Origin: the human T2T-CHM13v2.0 reference genome, Homo sapiens
Assembly (NCBI RefSeq): GCF_009914755.1
Contig: NC_060931.1
Reading direction: 5' to 3' (one strand)
DNA: 64,000 nucleotides
Shown: positions 15,313 to 32,689 of the stretch, one piece after another
How the letters are laid out: every line of letters begins with the position of its first letter
How positions within the stretch are numbered: the stretch's first letter is position 1
Made by a program: the position numbers and the translations under genes
Notes under the pieces: generated by a model
Told to the model about the DNA's origin: nothing
Seen by the model: only the letters and a program-made list of their open reading frames with translations
The model's database searches: none

Positions 15313-16091
15313 GAGTGCATACTATGTGCCTTGCATCCTGGTAGCACTCAATATAAATGTATTTCAATAAATAATGACAAAGACATTGACTCCCATTGCT
15401 GATTGTAAGAGTACAAGAGTAAATACCCCTGGGGAAAGATCTCCTGAATTCTCTAACACTCCCACTCTCATCCTTGGAGCAGTTTCAGGCCACTGGCTCA
15501 GATAGATCGCCAAGGGTCAGGGCCAGCCATGTGCTTCATTTTTGGAAGCACCTTCTGGGGATGGAGAGAAGTGACTTTCAATCCAACTCCTGATAAAATG
15601 CCTTCTCAAGAGTGGGTTTGAGGGTGAATTTGCTTCTATGTTTGTTACTTAATAAATTAACACTGCATTCTAACTCACATGAAATCATGTCAAGCCAGGT
15701 ACTACTTCCCGTAACCAGTTGTATGCTTTCAAATATTCATAGCAATTCCACGGTATTGCAGTAGCCTGGCAGGACTTGGGTTTGGCAGTGACTCTAGCTG
15801 GTGGTTAACATTCCTTATTCTAAAGACCATGGATTATGCTATAGATTTCAGCAAAGAAGGAAAAATATTTCCCTGGGAAGTTGTTATAAAAAGAAACCTC
15901 CAAATAAGATAATTACATTTCTTTTCAGAGAGAACAACCAACAGTCATGGTTTGTAGAATCTTTTCATTTGTGAAAGATCTTCAATAAAGAGTATATTTA
16001 CTCTATTTTGAACCAGCGAAAGTCCCTCTTTGGGAATATCAAGGAAGTTTTGGATAGCTCTTTCAGGCCACCAGGAAGCATTTGGATAAAT

Positions 16092-16102
16092 TGCTAAGTC
16101 AC
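16092..16102 (-). promoter_or_regulatory. Candidate antioxidant response element (CNC-sMAF/ARE)
   Basis: Minus strand GTGACTTAGCA followed by AT-rich flank ATTTAT; matches RTGAYnnnGCR. Motif only. Confidence 0.35.
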
Positions 16103-16619
16103 TATTTAGTATATGATGGTTTGATGGCCCAGAGATCATTTGAGTCCCTACAGGTAGACAGCTGTTAGCCATCCCCGAGCTCCTCTGGTTCCTGGAAATA
16201 AACTGAAGATGAAGCTGTTTGCAGCTGCAGTTGACGGAGCTGCCATCTGCTTGGCTCCCTGGAAGCTCTTAGCCAAGGACTTTGAGTCTAACTGCCTCAC
16301 AGCAGAGCAGGCAGTTTTCTGTAGGGAGCTGGATTGAAGGTCACCTCTTTCCATCTCCAGAAGGCATTTCCAGAAAGAAGCACACTGCAGTCCTCACCCT
16401 TTGTAATCTATCTCAGCCACTGTTCTGAAACTGCTTTAACGACAGGGAGTAGATGGGGAGCTGCGAAGAAGAGAGAATTCAGGAGATTATCTCCCAGTGT
16501 TATTTTCTGGTACTTTGGTAGTGTGGCCGCTCACCCCTACATAAAACCCTTGAAGTCTACCCCTTGTGGGTCTTTGCCTTTGGGCAAACCCCACTCTCAG
16601 CAGCACTGCCCTCTCTAAC

Positions 16620-18430
16620 TCTCAAACACAGTAACACCATAGGACTGAATCTTCCACTTTCTGCTTTTCTTTTTCTGATTTCTCATTATTTGGAGTATCC
16701 CTTCACTCCTCTGCATTCCACCCATACCCACAAGCAAACACATATTCCAGTCCCACATCTCAAACTTCCAACCGGATGTCTCCTACTAGATGTCCTATCT
16801 TTCCAAAATCAGAATTTCCAAAGCAAAATTCATCATATTTCTACCCAAATGATGGCCAAATCTGAACTTCTCTACCTGCTGACTCAATATTTTGAGTTTT
16901 GACCGTAGATAGATAGCCCATGAGCCACTGAGCTGCTCACTTCCCATGCTTGATATTACAACTGGAAAATAAGAACTTCACCACCTAAAATCTGGACACT
17001 GGCAATGGTCTTTTAGTTTTTCACCCTACCTCTATTCTTTTGACCTACCCTATACACTTCTTCTAGGAGAATATCTTCAACACAATTCTTCCCACTTTAT
17101 TTCTCCATTCAAAAATGTCTAAGTGTTGAAGTTCAATAGGAATGCCTTCATACCAGCATTCAAGTCTTTTTACAACATGGCCCCTGTCTACCTATCTAGC
17201 TTCATCTCCAGCCCATGTCTAGATTTTGTGTAGATGTATGTTCTGAACCACTGAATTGTTGAGCAATTCCAGACGGAACTGTCTGTATGAGCCACCATTT
17301 GAGTATCACTTCATAGTGTTGTGCAATGCAGATGACTTAGTCACTACATGTCACATACAAACTTTTGCCTCGTCCATGTCTTTGCCTTCTCTGAGGCTCC
17401 CCTTTGTTTTACGTCTTCCTCGTCTTCATTTTCCCTTTGTTTTCTCAACTTCCAGTGCAGTATCCTTTCTTCTAGGAAGACGTCTTCCATTTGCCCCAGT
17501 CTTTAGCCTAGAGTTATGGAGCTATTTATTGCTTAAATCATCCTTTTGGCACTTGCCCTCCGCCAGGCACTTGTATCATTTTGGTCATTCCTTCCATGTG
17601 ATCCATTTCTGGGACTAAAATAAGACTTCCAAGTAGCAGAAACTGCCTCTGAAATTATGTGTAGCTTCAATATTCATTGATAAAGATGCTTGTGATGACA
17701 GTTTCAAGTGTTTTTCTTACACAAAAATCATAGCTTTAACTAAGAAATATTTGTTTGTAATGTCTGGGCAAGAAGATTTGAAGAAAGAGAACAAGTAACT
17801 GTATTTCCCATAACCATGTGTCACCTTAATCTTTATTTTTAATATCAAGCTTTGTATTCCAACAAGTGGATTCACATCCATCATGAAGCAGATGCTAATA
17901 CTGGCCAGCTTATTTCCAGCTGGTACTTACCTTGTAGAAGGTACTGCTTATGGCACATCCCATTGAAGACCAGCTTCATGTTGAAATTCCTTCCTCCCCT
18001 GGCATTGCCACTACATCCTCCTGATTTTCCATTCTTCTCTATTCATCTCCTTGCTTGGGAAGTTTTGCTTTTCTCACATCTTACCCTTAGATCCTTCCTT
18101 TTCAGCCCTCTTCTTTTCTCACTCTACTTGCTCAAGGAGGATGGTTCCCAAGCCTATCTCCAGCAGTGATCTTTCTCCTAAGTGCCAGACATATATTTTC
18201 TACTGCCAGCTGGAAACCTCCCCTTGGATGTTCTTCAGGCATTTAAAACTCAACACCTACTTTTCCCTCCTTCCTCCCCATCTGTCTTGGTCAATGGCAT
18301 TGCCATCCTCTCAGGCTAAGAGCTCAGGGTCATCATTCACTTCTCTCTGTTTCTGACGCTCAACTCCAGTCTCTGTGTCCTGTAGTGTTCACCTCTTAAA
18401 TATTTTTTCTCTTTCCAAAACCTGCTGTCT
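16620..18430 (+). mobile_element. Scattered degenerate L2 fragments
   Basis: Pyrimidine-rich L2 motifs 'cccaagcctatctccagc...ccagacatatattt', 'ttggatgttcttcaggcatttaaaactcaac', 'ggcccctgtctaccta'. Confidence 0.6.
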
Positions 18431-18449
18431 TGGTTTAGGTCCTTTGTAT

Positions 18450-18830
18450 TCATCAGGATAATTAACACTGCTGTTATAGCTGTCAAACTCGGAACTCTAC
18501 ATGGCTGAAAATAACAAAGGCTTGTTGTTATGGACTCACCCAAACTTGATGCAGGTTGAGTGATCTCCAGATCACTCCTCCATGCCCTCCTCCATGTAGT
18601 AACTCAAGATCCATTCTGTGTTCATCTTGTGACTCTGCTACATCAACAGAGGCTTCTATGATCTCAGATGAAAGAGAAGAGACAGAAGAGAAGACAGAAC
18701 AGCTCTTTGCTTCCTCAAGTAAAGTGACACAAGTTAGAAGTGGCAGACCATTGGTGAGAACATGATCTAACCTAACTTCAAGAAAGTCTGGAAAATACAG
18801 AGATACATGAAATGTATTGTGAGTACAAAG
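18450..18830 (-). mobile_element. Old MaLR LTR (MLT1K/L-like)
   Basis: 'tggctgaaaataacaaaggctt', 'ccattggtgagaac...aacttcaagaaagtctggaaaata' antisense MLT1 motifs. Confidence 0.55.
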
Positions 18831-19314
18831 TATCCGGTAGGCTCTTTTCCTGTCTCACTGGGACTAATGCGAATACTCCTGACTAGTTTGCTTAACTTCA
18901 ATTTTCTGTTCTACCCCACCTATATGTTTTTACCAGATATTTTATTTATAATTATTATTATTTATTTCTTATAAAACATAAAATCAATCTTGTCACTCTC
19001 CATTCAGAATCTATCAATGGATCTCCACTATTTAGGAAATGAAAAGCATAGTCTTGCAAAATAAGACTGCAATCTACTCTTCCAACTATATCCCCATACC
19101 TACAAAGCTTTAGCTAGAAGCTTACCAGACAAAATATTCTGAATATTCTGTTCATTCTCTCATTTTCATGTCTTAGTGCATATGTTACACTCTTCCTGGA
19201 ATATGTGGAAGATATAGTTTAAATGTGATTTGACTTTGCTCTGAATTGTTATGATAATGTAAACATTGAATGTGGATCCATACAGGAAAAAAAATGAGTA
19301 AACAAGTCCAATTC

Positions 19315-19436
19315 TTTTTTTTTTTATTGTTTTAATTTTACTTCAGGTTTCAGATGCAACTGCAGAACATGTAGGTTTGTTACATAGGTATACGGGTGCC
19401 ATGGTGGTTTGCTGCACCTATCAACCCACCATCTAG
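19315..19436 (-). mobile_element. Very short L1PA 3' end
   Basis: 'gaacatgtaggtttgttacataggtatacgggtgccatggtggtttgctgcacctatcaaccc'; ccaattctt repeated on both sides (TSD-like). Confidence 0.9.
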
Positions 19437-19904
19437 GAACTAACCCAATTCTTATAGTTTCCCTTATCTTAAGAAAACAGACCTAGGGCTTGATTTATTT
19501 CTTTCCTCCTTAAATGAAGAATATAACCACACTTGGCTGTAATTTCTATTCTATGTGTATGCTAATCCCTCAAAAAGCCAATGGTGAATGATGCTGTTTT
19601 TTTGAAGACAGGTTCCAGATCCCTAATGAGACTATTAGAGGAAAATTTGGAGATACTTAACAGCTGATGAATTTCGTATACGAATTGAAGTATTTCCTTC
19701 TGGTCCAATCCATGACCACAACAGCCAGCTTTCTCTGCCAGGAATTACCCCTGGGATCAGGTTTATATCTAGATGTAAGGGAAGAGAAGATCTTTGCCGC
19801 TGACAGCCTAAGCCACTAGAAGCTAAGATTATTCAAACACAGAATAAGGAAATTTCCCTTGGGAAGCCAGGCTGCTTTAGCAAGAGACCAAAGAATTAGT
19901 GGGA

Positions 19905-20100
19905 AGGCACTGTAGCCTAGTGGAAGAAGCTAGGGTTCTGAAGACACACAAATCCAAGGTCAAGTCTGCTAAGAGGTCTTGTGACCTCCAGAAGTTGTTT
20001 AACCCCTTTAAGCTGCAGATTCCTCATCTAACGTCTTTTCCAGGAATGATTACATCTACATCTTTTCCATGGTCATTACATCAAACAAACAATGTGTGGT
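19905..20100 (+). mobile_element. MIR
   Basis: 'gcactgtagcctagtggaagaagc...gtgacctccagaagttgtttaacccctttaagctgcagattcctcatct'. Confidence 0.7.
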
Positions 20101-20757
20101 AGGTTAATTTGGCAGCATGTTAATTTGCATTTTCCCTCCGCATCTCCTTCCCCCCGCACATGCACACACTCACACATGGTCCAATCTTTGGTTTTCCTTA
20201 AGTCAAGGACTTTTCATTGCATGAAGGAGAACTCTTTGTCTTTGTAGAAACATGCCTCCTGCCCATTTTCATCACCTAAATTCACAGATGAGCTATCACT
20301 GCAGGAGAGAAGAGGGGCACGCTAAAGACAGAGGTAGAGACTGAAGACAGAAAGGCTGGAGGCTGCACAATGAAAGAGAAATTCATAGACTTTTGTGTAG
20401 CAGTGACCTGGGGTGGTGAAAAGACCTCAGAGGATGCCCAAAGGAAGTCTGTACAAAAGACAGAAGGGCTCACAGGTTACCTGAACGTTTCTGGACTCCA
20501 AGCACATTGCTCAAAGCCCATATCTGCAGGAATTGGGGGTCTCAGCAGCAATCTGTGTGACCTGATGACTAAGGGCTGGAGGTGCCTTTTACTACAGAGA
20601 ATAACCACAGTAATGACTGACAATGAATTTCTCTACCATGCGAGGGGGGGTGAAGCCTGGGAATCTAATTTTAATTATTTTTTTTAAAAAAAAACTCTGT
20701 AATAAAATGCTTCTTGCTCCCTGTACATTACTTTATAAGGTTTGTGTGCTACCAATG

Positions 20758-21020
20758 TGATATGGACTAAGCATGTCCCCACCAAATTCATATGTTGAAG
20801 CCCCCCAACTCCCAATGTGATGGTATTAGGAGGTGGGGCCTCCTTATAAAAAGAGGAAGGGAGCTATTTGCCAGACAGGAAGTCCTCACCAAAACACAAA
20901 TTTGCTGGTGCCTTGATCTTGAACTTGCCAGCCTCCGGTTCCGTGAGAAATAAATGTCTGCTGTTTAAGCCACCTAGTCTATAGCCTGAGCTGTTATAAC
21001 AGCCCGAGCTGACCAAGACG
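20758..21020 (+). mobile_element. MaLR solo LTR (MLT1A-like), internally deleted
   Basis: tgatatggactaa...ccaaattcatatgttgaagcc...ccttgatcttgaacttgccagcctcc...gctgaccaagac. Confidence 0.88.
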
Positions 21021-21479
21021 CAGTGTAATCTCTTATACTGGGTAAGCCTTCAGTAGAGGTAGTGACTTTCCTCCTGTCCAACGCTCTTCTTCTGCTATGA
21101 GGAGGATGGGAATTGCTCAGCTGGGTCTTCCTGTGCTGTCACATTAGCCCTAACCTACTCTGTAGGAATGAAAGTTTGATAGACACAATCTATCAAAACC
21201 ACAGTAACAACTTATGAGGCAAAATTCTAAAACAGCAACACATCTCAAAACTCTCAGAAAGATAAAGTAATAAAAATGCATAGCCATTCCCAGGCTTAGT
21301 ATCTCAGAGGACTTGGCGCACTTCTTTGGAATAGAGAGACTGAAATTATGATTTACTTATCTTTGCATTTTGCCAAAGGTTTACCTTCCAGGCAGCTCTC
21401 TTGTAGGCCAGAATTGGGGAAGGTAGGCAGAATAACCCTCAGGTTGTTGTCATCTGCACACTCCCTTTTAGTTCTAGAT

Positions 21480-21704
21480 TAGAGGTCAACAAACCACAGC
21501 CCAGGGATCAAATCCAGCCCAGCGACGGGTCTTGTAAATAAAGCTTATTGGAACCTAGCTGTCCTCTTTCGTTTACCTATTTTCTATACTAGCTTTCATG
21601 CTACAAAAGCTGAAGTGTTGAATAGTTGTCACAAAGACAGCATGTCCTACAAAACCAAAAATATTTACTACCTTGCCTTTCCTGAAAAAGTCTGCTGACT
21701 CCTA
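21480..21704 (+). mobile_element. MER58A (hAT-Charlie MITE)
   Basis: Typical body 'caaatccagccc...tgtaaataaagc...aaatatttacta...tgctgactcc'; perfect 8-bp TSD ttctagat at 21472-21479 and 21705-21712. Confidence 0.9.
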
Positions 21705-21919
21705 TTCTAGATTACAAATGTGGTGGGACTGGTCTCAGAGATGGAGTAAGATGGCCCCAGTAACTGTGCAGGACTATCACTGTTGACCATTTTTGAAGTA
21801 GGATATGTTTCAATGTGAGAGAACCCTGGAAACTTTCCTCTGTCCCTCTCTATTACACCCACCTCTTGACTCTCTATCTGCCTAAATTCATTCCCTTGGG
21901 CTTATCATAATTTCCTCCC

Positions 21920-22070
21920 CAATTCAACCAACATTGAGCACACACCACATGCCAGACCCTGTTTGGTACAGTTGATACAGACAGAATTCTGTCCTCCAGG
22001 AGCTTATAATGGGCTTTCAGGAGGTAGACATCAAAGAAGTAATGCCATAAGTGATGCTTAAGGGCATTGG
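21920..22070 (-). mobile_element. L2 3' end fragment
   Basis: 'attcaaccaacattgagcacacaccacatgccagacc...ctgtcctccaggagcttata'. Confidence 0.7.
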
Positions 22071-22349
22071 ACCACTGACTGCAAGGTCTTATTAGTCTGG
22101 AAGTCTACCTTTCTATGCTTCTAAAATTAGAATGGAGAGCAACCTTAGAGTAGAAAGCTCCTCAATATAAGCTCACAATTTTCTGCTAGTACAGATGATT
22201 CCAAGAGAAGAAAATGGTTCTACTGTCTCTTTGTCTGGTGTTCTCTCTCATATATTTTTTGTTGTGGCATAAATAACTCTAAAGATGTTTCCTTCACACT
22301 TGGAGTGTATGGAAAGGACTTTAGGATTTACAAGATTTACAAAGGCCTC

Positions 22350-22468
22350 CAAGCTGGGACAAGTTTGTTTTGCACTTCACCAGTTATCCTGGTATAACTA
22401 TTTTTAATGGCACTGTCTTTCAGTTCTCAAAGAGTTCTGGCTTGAACATTAAATTATGTGCTACCTTC
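22350..22468 (-). mobile_element. MER94-like hAT-Blackjack MITE
   Basis: Reverse complement 'ggtagcacataatttaatgttcaagccagaactctttgagaactgaaag' resembles the MER94 5' end. Confidence 0.6.
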
Positions 22469-24149
22469 ACCTATAACCCATACCCTTAGCCTGCCTAGAC
22501 ATCCATAAGGTATGAGTAATATGGAGTTATCTTCCTATCAGTGCAAAATTTCACTTAGGTTAGTCTTCATCACTCGCACTAGATGAAATACCTAGCAAGT
22601 ATTTCTTTTCAAAAGAAAGCCATATTTTACTTGCTTCACTGATTGCACAGTTTAATGATGAAATAAACTCCAAAGTGCTAAGAAGAATCCGTAGCATATA
22701 GTAGAGAACAGCTAAATTTGAAGTATATGAGACTATTGATTGTTGTTGATTGACAAAATTAAGACCCTGAAAAATAGTCTTTGCATTAAGGTAGGCAGTT
22801 AATCTGTTGAAAGAAGAGTCTCCTTGGGGAAGCCTTGCCTGACCTTTCAGTACTACTCAGCCCCCAGCACTCTTGCGCAGAAGTCATTCAGGGCTTGCCA
22901 CATTTGACTGATGTACTTGTTTCTTGTCTGTCTCCACTGAAACATCTTGAATTTCTAGTTAGCTATCATAACCCCAGGATTTAGTGTCTCACTTATAGTA
23001 GGTTCAATAAGAATTTCTGCATCAAACATTTATCATCTGTTGACAAACTCCTGAGATATAAATAACAATAAAGTCTCAAAATGCCAGAAAAAAATCTCTA
23101 TCACTGATATCTTGATTAGTGCTTTAACTTGTTTCTTCAGTGGGTGTTGTTTGCCCATAATACAGGCTCCCTAATGACAATCTTGCCCCAGACCCTCACT
23201 GTTTGAGGGAAACAGCTAAATTATGATTGGAATTAGCCAGGAACCAAATGTTTTAGAACCAGGAAAATATATAGACCTTATTTCCTCTTAGAAGGGAAAA
23301 TAGTAGCAATCATCTGATCTCTGGTTATTAAGTAGACAAGACAGGCAAAGAGCTAAGCACTGAAACTTGCATTACAGTTACATGGCCTGCCCCTAATATC
23401 CACCACCCTGTTACTACACATTTTCTGAATAAGAGTCATTTAGGAGACAGGTTCCTGTCTAGGCATGAATCAAGGTCCTTTAGTAGCAGTAAGCGTGAGA
23501 CATTTGGCTGTCTCCTAGGAAGAGCCATTATGGAATAAACTGGGATTGTGCAGACTTTCCTCTCCTGAAGAAAAAGCACTGTCAGAACAGATAATTTATC
23601 AAGGGAATCCTATATAGAGTTGGCACATGTCCTACTGACAGGCATAGAGTACAGAGAAAGGATTTAATTCCAGGATGTATTTTCCTAACCAGAAACAGCT
23701 GTCAATGGAAGAAAAGTGGTCCATCCAACCATAATTGAAGGGTAGGTCATCAAAGTTGAAGAGTTGTTTGCTAGAAACTAAGAATGGGTGGAGAGAGAAT
23801 GCAGAATGTCATCTGGACAGAGGTAATTTTCAGAAACTCATAAAACAAAACTGGGGCAAGAAGGGAAGGAACACCATCAGAGGACTGATGAAAACTGTAA
23901 AATAAAACTGTGAGTTTAAAGGAAGCGCTAAACCAGAAAAGACCCAATGGTGCACATTTCATTTTCCTCTACACTAACTGGGTTAGCCCCAAAAAAAAGG
24001 CACAAAGTGAATGATTCTTCCCAGGTAGATAAAATGTTTACTGTATGACTATCACCCCCAGCCACAAAACCCAGAGACATTTGTTAATTAACAAACAAAA
24101 AGTGGATAATATGCACACTTTTCAGAAGCTGCTTTGAAAAACGTGTAAT

Positions 24150-25240
24150 ATGTATTAATTAGCGCTAAGTTCAACAACAACTAGAAGAAAGTTAGAAATT
24201 TGTGTTTTTTGGTCACATAGAAGATGAGGAGACCTAAGGCTAGTCCAGGAAGAGTCCAGGGCTGGTATGGTGATTCTGCTCCACAAAGTCTTCAGGGATC
24301 CAGGATTCTTCCAGCTCACCTTTCTGCCATCTTTAGTATATGGTTCTCATCATCATCATCTAAGATGTGAACTAGAGCCACATTCATAGCAGTGGGATTA
24401 GAAAAATAAACAATTGTCATCAAGGAGTCCAGCTCTAGGCAACAACCATAAGCATTTGCAAGGCTTGGTCCCAACCATAAGCATTTGCAAGGCTTTACCT
24501 GGGAGGCCTCATAGGAGAAAGCTGCCCTCCTCACATCAGACTTGGTGCACAGCAAGTACATTCCAGTTCTCTGGAAGGAGTTGCAGTCAGATTCAGCTGC
24601 TCCCCCAACCCTGCCTGGACAAGCCATATTCATATGCTCAGAAGCTCATATGCTCATATTCCTGGCCTAGGTGCCTCCATTGAGAGGCCTCTTTATTGGG
24701 GTCCTCAGATGTTGTCCCAAGACCTCCTTTTCAGCTGGTTTGGCTGAGGCAATTTTGCCCGCAATGACTCAGTATTTCTCAACTCCCAGTTCTACCCCCT
24801 TTCCTTCCTCTGGTCTCCTAGGTTCATAAAATGCAGAAGCCATTTATTAGTGGCTCTTCTCAGTGAGACAATTCTTCCCATGTGTACTGCATGTCATCTG
24901 CCCTCTCTTGCTGCCATTCCACAGAGAAGAATGGAATGCTAGGGAACTGGGGCCCTTTGCTTATACTTGCCTGCACTGCAGCAGTAAGTGAATGGAGCTT
25001 TGACTATTATTTTCAGTATGACTTGAACATCTTGACCGGCAGCTTGACAGTTATTTGCCTGAAGTTTCTTCAGGAGGTTTCCCAAAACTGCCTTGCAACT
25101 ATTTTTCTTAATTCCATTGGTGAGAACTTGGTTACATAGCCATAGCCAGCCAGCTACCAGGGAGACTGGAAAATGCATTCTACTACTATGGAAAAAGAGT
25201 ATAAAAATCCATTGAGATGAAGCTAGCAGTCTTTGCCACA
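24150..25240 (-). mobile_element. MaLR LTR (MLT1I/J-like) split by an ERVL LTR
   Basis: Pieces ~24150-24414 and 25050-25240: 'ccagggctggtatgg', 'ccattggtgagaacttggttacatagcca', ends 'gtctttgccaca'. Confidence 0.7.
24415..25049 (+). mobile_element. Solo LTR (ERVL MER54/MER74/MER88-like), 635 bp
   Basis: Terminal inverted TGTCA...TGACA; TATA-like cataaaa (~24825); interrupts a continuous MLT1. Confidence 0.6.
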
Positions 25241-26714
25241 TCCTTGTATATTACTAACCTCCCTGAGTTGGCAAAGCAATGCAAGGGGCATAGTAAGGAG
25301 ATTAGAGTTTAAGTCCCTGGCACCAACTGGTTAAATCCTATGACTTTGAGTGGCTTTCTGCATTAGTCTCATGTAGTCAAATGGAATGTTTAAGCTTCAT
25401 ACTGCCCTCAAGGAAGTCTAAGGTGTTACATTCTAATATATTATCCTTACTCATACTATTTTAAAAGACAAGACAAAAGATTTAAAGATTTGTCATTTAA
25501 GTCTTTTTTATGTGGGTGAGGACCAGGAATGGAATTCACTATGCAGGAAGACCACCTTTAGAGATTTTTAATCCACTTTTGAGCTTCTGTCAAGGTTATT
25601 TAAACCATTCATTTGCCTGGTTTGTCACCTTAGAGGAATGGCATTCATTTGCAAATTGTGATAGCATGCTTCCAGTTAAAAAGGAAGCAAAACAGATTGC
25701 CAATCCTGAATTTATCTGAAAACATACAGTACTCAACTCCAAGATGACAATAGTCCATGGACTTCAAAAGACACAGATGCAAAACTAAATATGGAAAATG
25801 TAACCCTTAAAAAGAATAATTCATTGAGTAGGCAAAGATGGAAAGATGATGTGAAAACTTTCTTATCCACAGAATATTATGAAGTCATTTCTGGAAGGAG
25901 TTCTTAAATTTAAAATTTATTTGTAAACTTCAACTAGGAAAGATGTTAGTTCAAATGACATAAAAGGCCATTGCACCATGAAGACATGTGCCTTAAATTA
26001 CCCTCTGTTCTTCTGCCATCCTTCAATTGAAGTTTCGGTAGGGTTTAATGCAGATGTTCTTCTGTAATTTTCTCTTCTTTTACAAATGACAAGGAAGACT
26101 GTGATTCTCAAGGTCACATTTCATAAGTAAGATGTCAGGAAATACATATGCAAAGCAAACTTCATCTATATCCCAGTGATATTTGATGATTTTAAACTTA
26201 CCTCTTTAAAAAACCCAATTTAAAATCTATAATTTATTAATTTGTATTCTTCTGGTTTTGTTTTAAATTCTTTTCATAGTATTGTAAAATATTCAACATT
26301 CATTAGGCACCTATAATCTTAGGTTGAGGAAGTTATTTAACTGCCTCAGTTTTTGTATCTAGAGCCCAAGTAGCTTGTACCAGATCAGTGAGTCTCAGGG
26401 AGGAAGTATATCAGCACATGCAGGAGGAATGGATATACTTTAAAGCTCTCTTTCTCAAGATTCTGGTGTGCATCCTTCATCCCAGCCACACTTCAACCCT
26501 GGTTATGAATTATTGCATGAGATGAACAAGGTCCCTTGCAGTCTGCTACTATCTGCTATGTGAATATTTCCATGTTACATGGAGGTGCCTCATTATGAGT
26601 CTATCACACTGTTTTTCCTATGGTATTTATTTATTTATTGTTGATTTAGTGCTTATTATATGACAGGTTCTCTGCTAAACACTGTGGTTTACAAGAAGGA
26701 TATAGTCCCTGCTT

Positions 26715-27172
26715 ATTTCAAAGACTACTTTTGCCCACTTGATGTCCATTATCTTTTCTTCTTTATCAACAAAACTCTAGTTCTGTTATGAACCAGAGCA
26801 AAAGCTTGCATTTTCCTGCTTTCTTGCAGTTGGCAGAGTTGGTCTTATAACTTATTCAGAAGAAGGAGACATAAACAGAAGTCTGCTGATTTTGATTGCT
26901 ATTTTAACAAATTATTGTGTCTTCTTTCTTCTGTTATCTTCCTCCTCCTTGGAACGCAGTTATAATGGCTAGAGCTGGAAACACATCATGTATCCAGAAG
27001 GAAAAGGGCAAGAAGATTGCAGGATCCACAGACCTGGTATTCCCAAACAGCTGAACCAGTATCAGTACACCTCTGGATTTCCCATTACTTGAGAAAAATA
27101 AACTCTTTCGTTTTAGCCACTGTTGGTTACGTTTCTTGTTACATGCAGCCAAACTCAATCCCTAACTAATAC
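26715..27172 (+). mobile_element. Old ERVL LTR (LTR33/LTR16-like)
   Basis: 'cattttcctgctttcttgcagttgg', 'tttagccactgttggtt...ttgttacatgcagccaaactcaatccctaactaataca' 3' end. Confidence 0.7.
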
Positions 27173-27544
27173 ACCATTTTAAGAGACTTCAGCATCTAGT
27201 GAGAGATATGTATACCTAAATGGGCAATTGTTGTGCAATAAATGATATGGGCAGGAAGATTAGAGTGGTGTGGAAATACATAAGGAGGTATCTATCCCAG
27301 ATTTGGAGATTTGGCAAAATTTTTTCCGTATTGGAGTAGATATTAGCCATGTGAAGAAAGGAAAGTCACACCCAGGATGAAGGGATAGCATGAACAAAAT
27401 ATAGAGGTGAAAGAGACTGTGGCTTGTTCAGGAAATGAAAGGAAGCTATGACTGAGGGGCAGAGTTTAAGTTGAGGAATAAGGCTCAGGAAGGAAGAGGG
27501 GTCTGATGATAAGAGGCTTTTAAACTTCATTAAGAAATAGAAAA

Positions 27545-32310
<4,766 letters not shown>

Positions 32311-32313
32311 GGG

Positions 32314-32346
32314 TGCAGCATGCAGGCAGGCCTTCTGGGGGCGCTG
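32314..32346 (+). promoter_or_regulatory. Candidate CTCF site (core plus upstream module)
   Basis: Core aGGCCttCtGGGGGCGCTg (32328-32346) versus consensus TGGCCACCAGGGGGCGCTA; TGCAGcatg begins at 32314, 5 bp before the core; CpG in the core retained. Confidence 0.5.
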
Positions 32347-32689
32347 TTACTGAGACGGCGATGAAATGTGCTGGTGGCTCCTTCCCTCTGTGCTGGGCTC
32401 CAACATAGAAACCTTTGGTGGAAGCTTCAAAAGCCACAGGAAGAAATGTACAGACTCCACAGTTAACCCACAGAAATCTCTGCAAAATCCTCCAGCCCCC
32501 AGGACATGGGAGGGCCATGGCTGACTGGGAGCATTTGCTCTCTAGCTGTGAAACACAAAAATACACAAAATGATTTGTTCCACCTGTGAGGGAAGAAGCA
32601 TGGGTCTTTAACATTAGAAACAAAATATTAGCTTCTCCTCTCTGAAGGAGACCGCTAGTAATTTATTTTCAATGCATAAATAAAAATAA

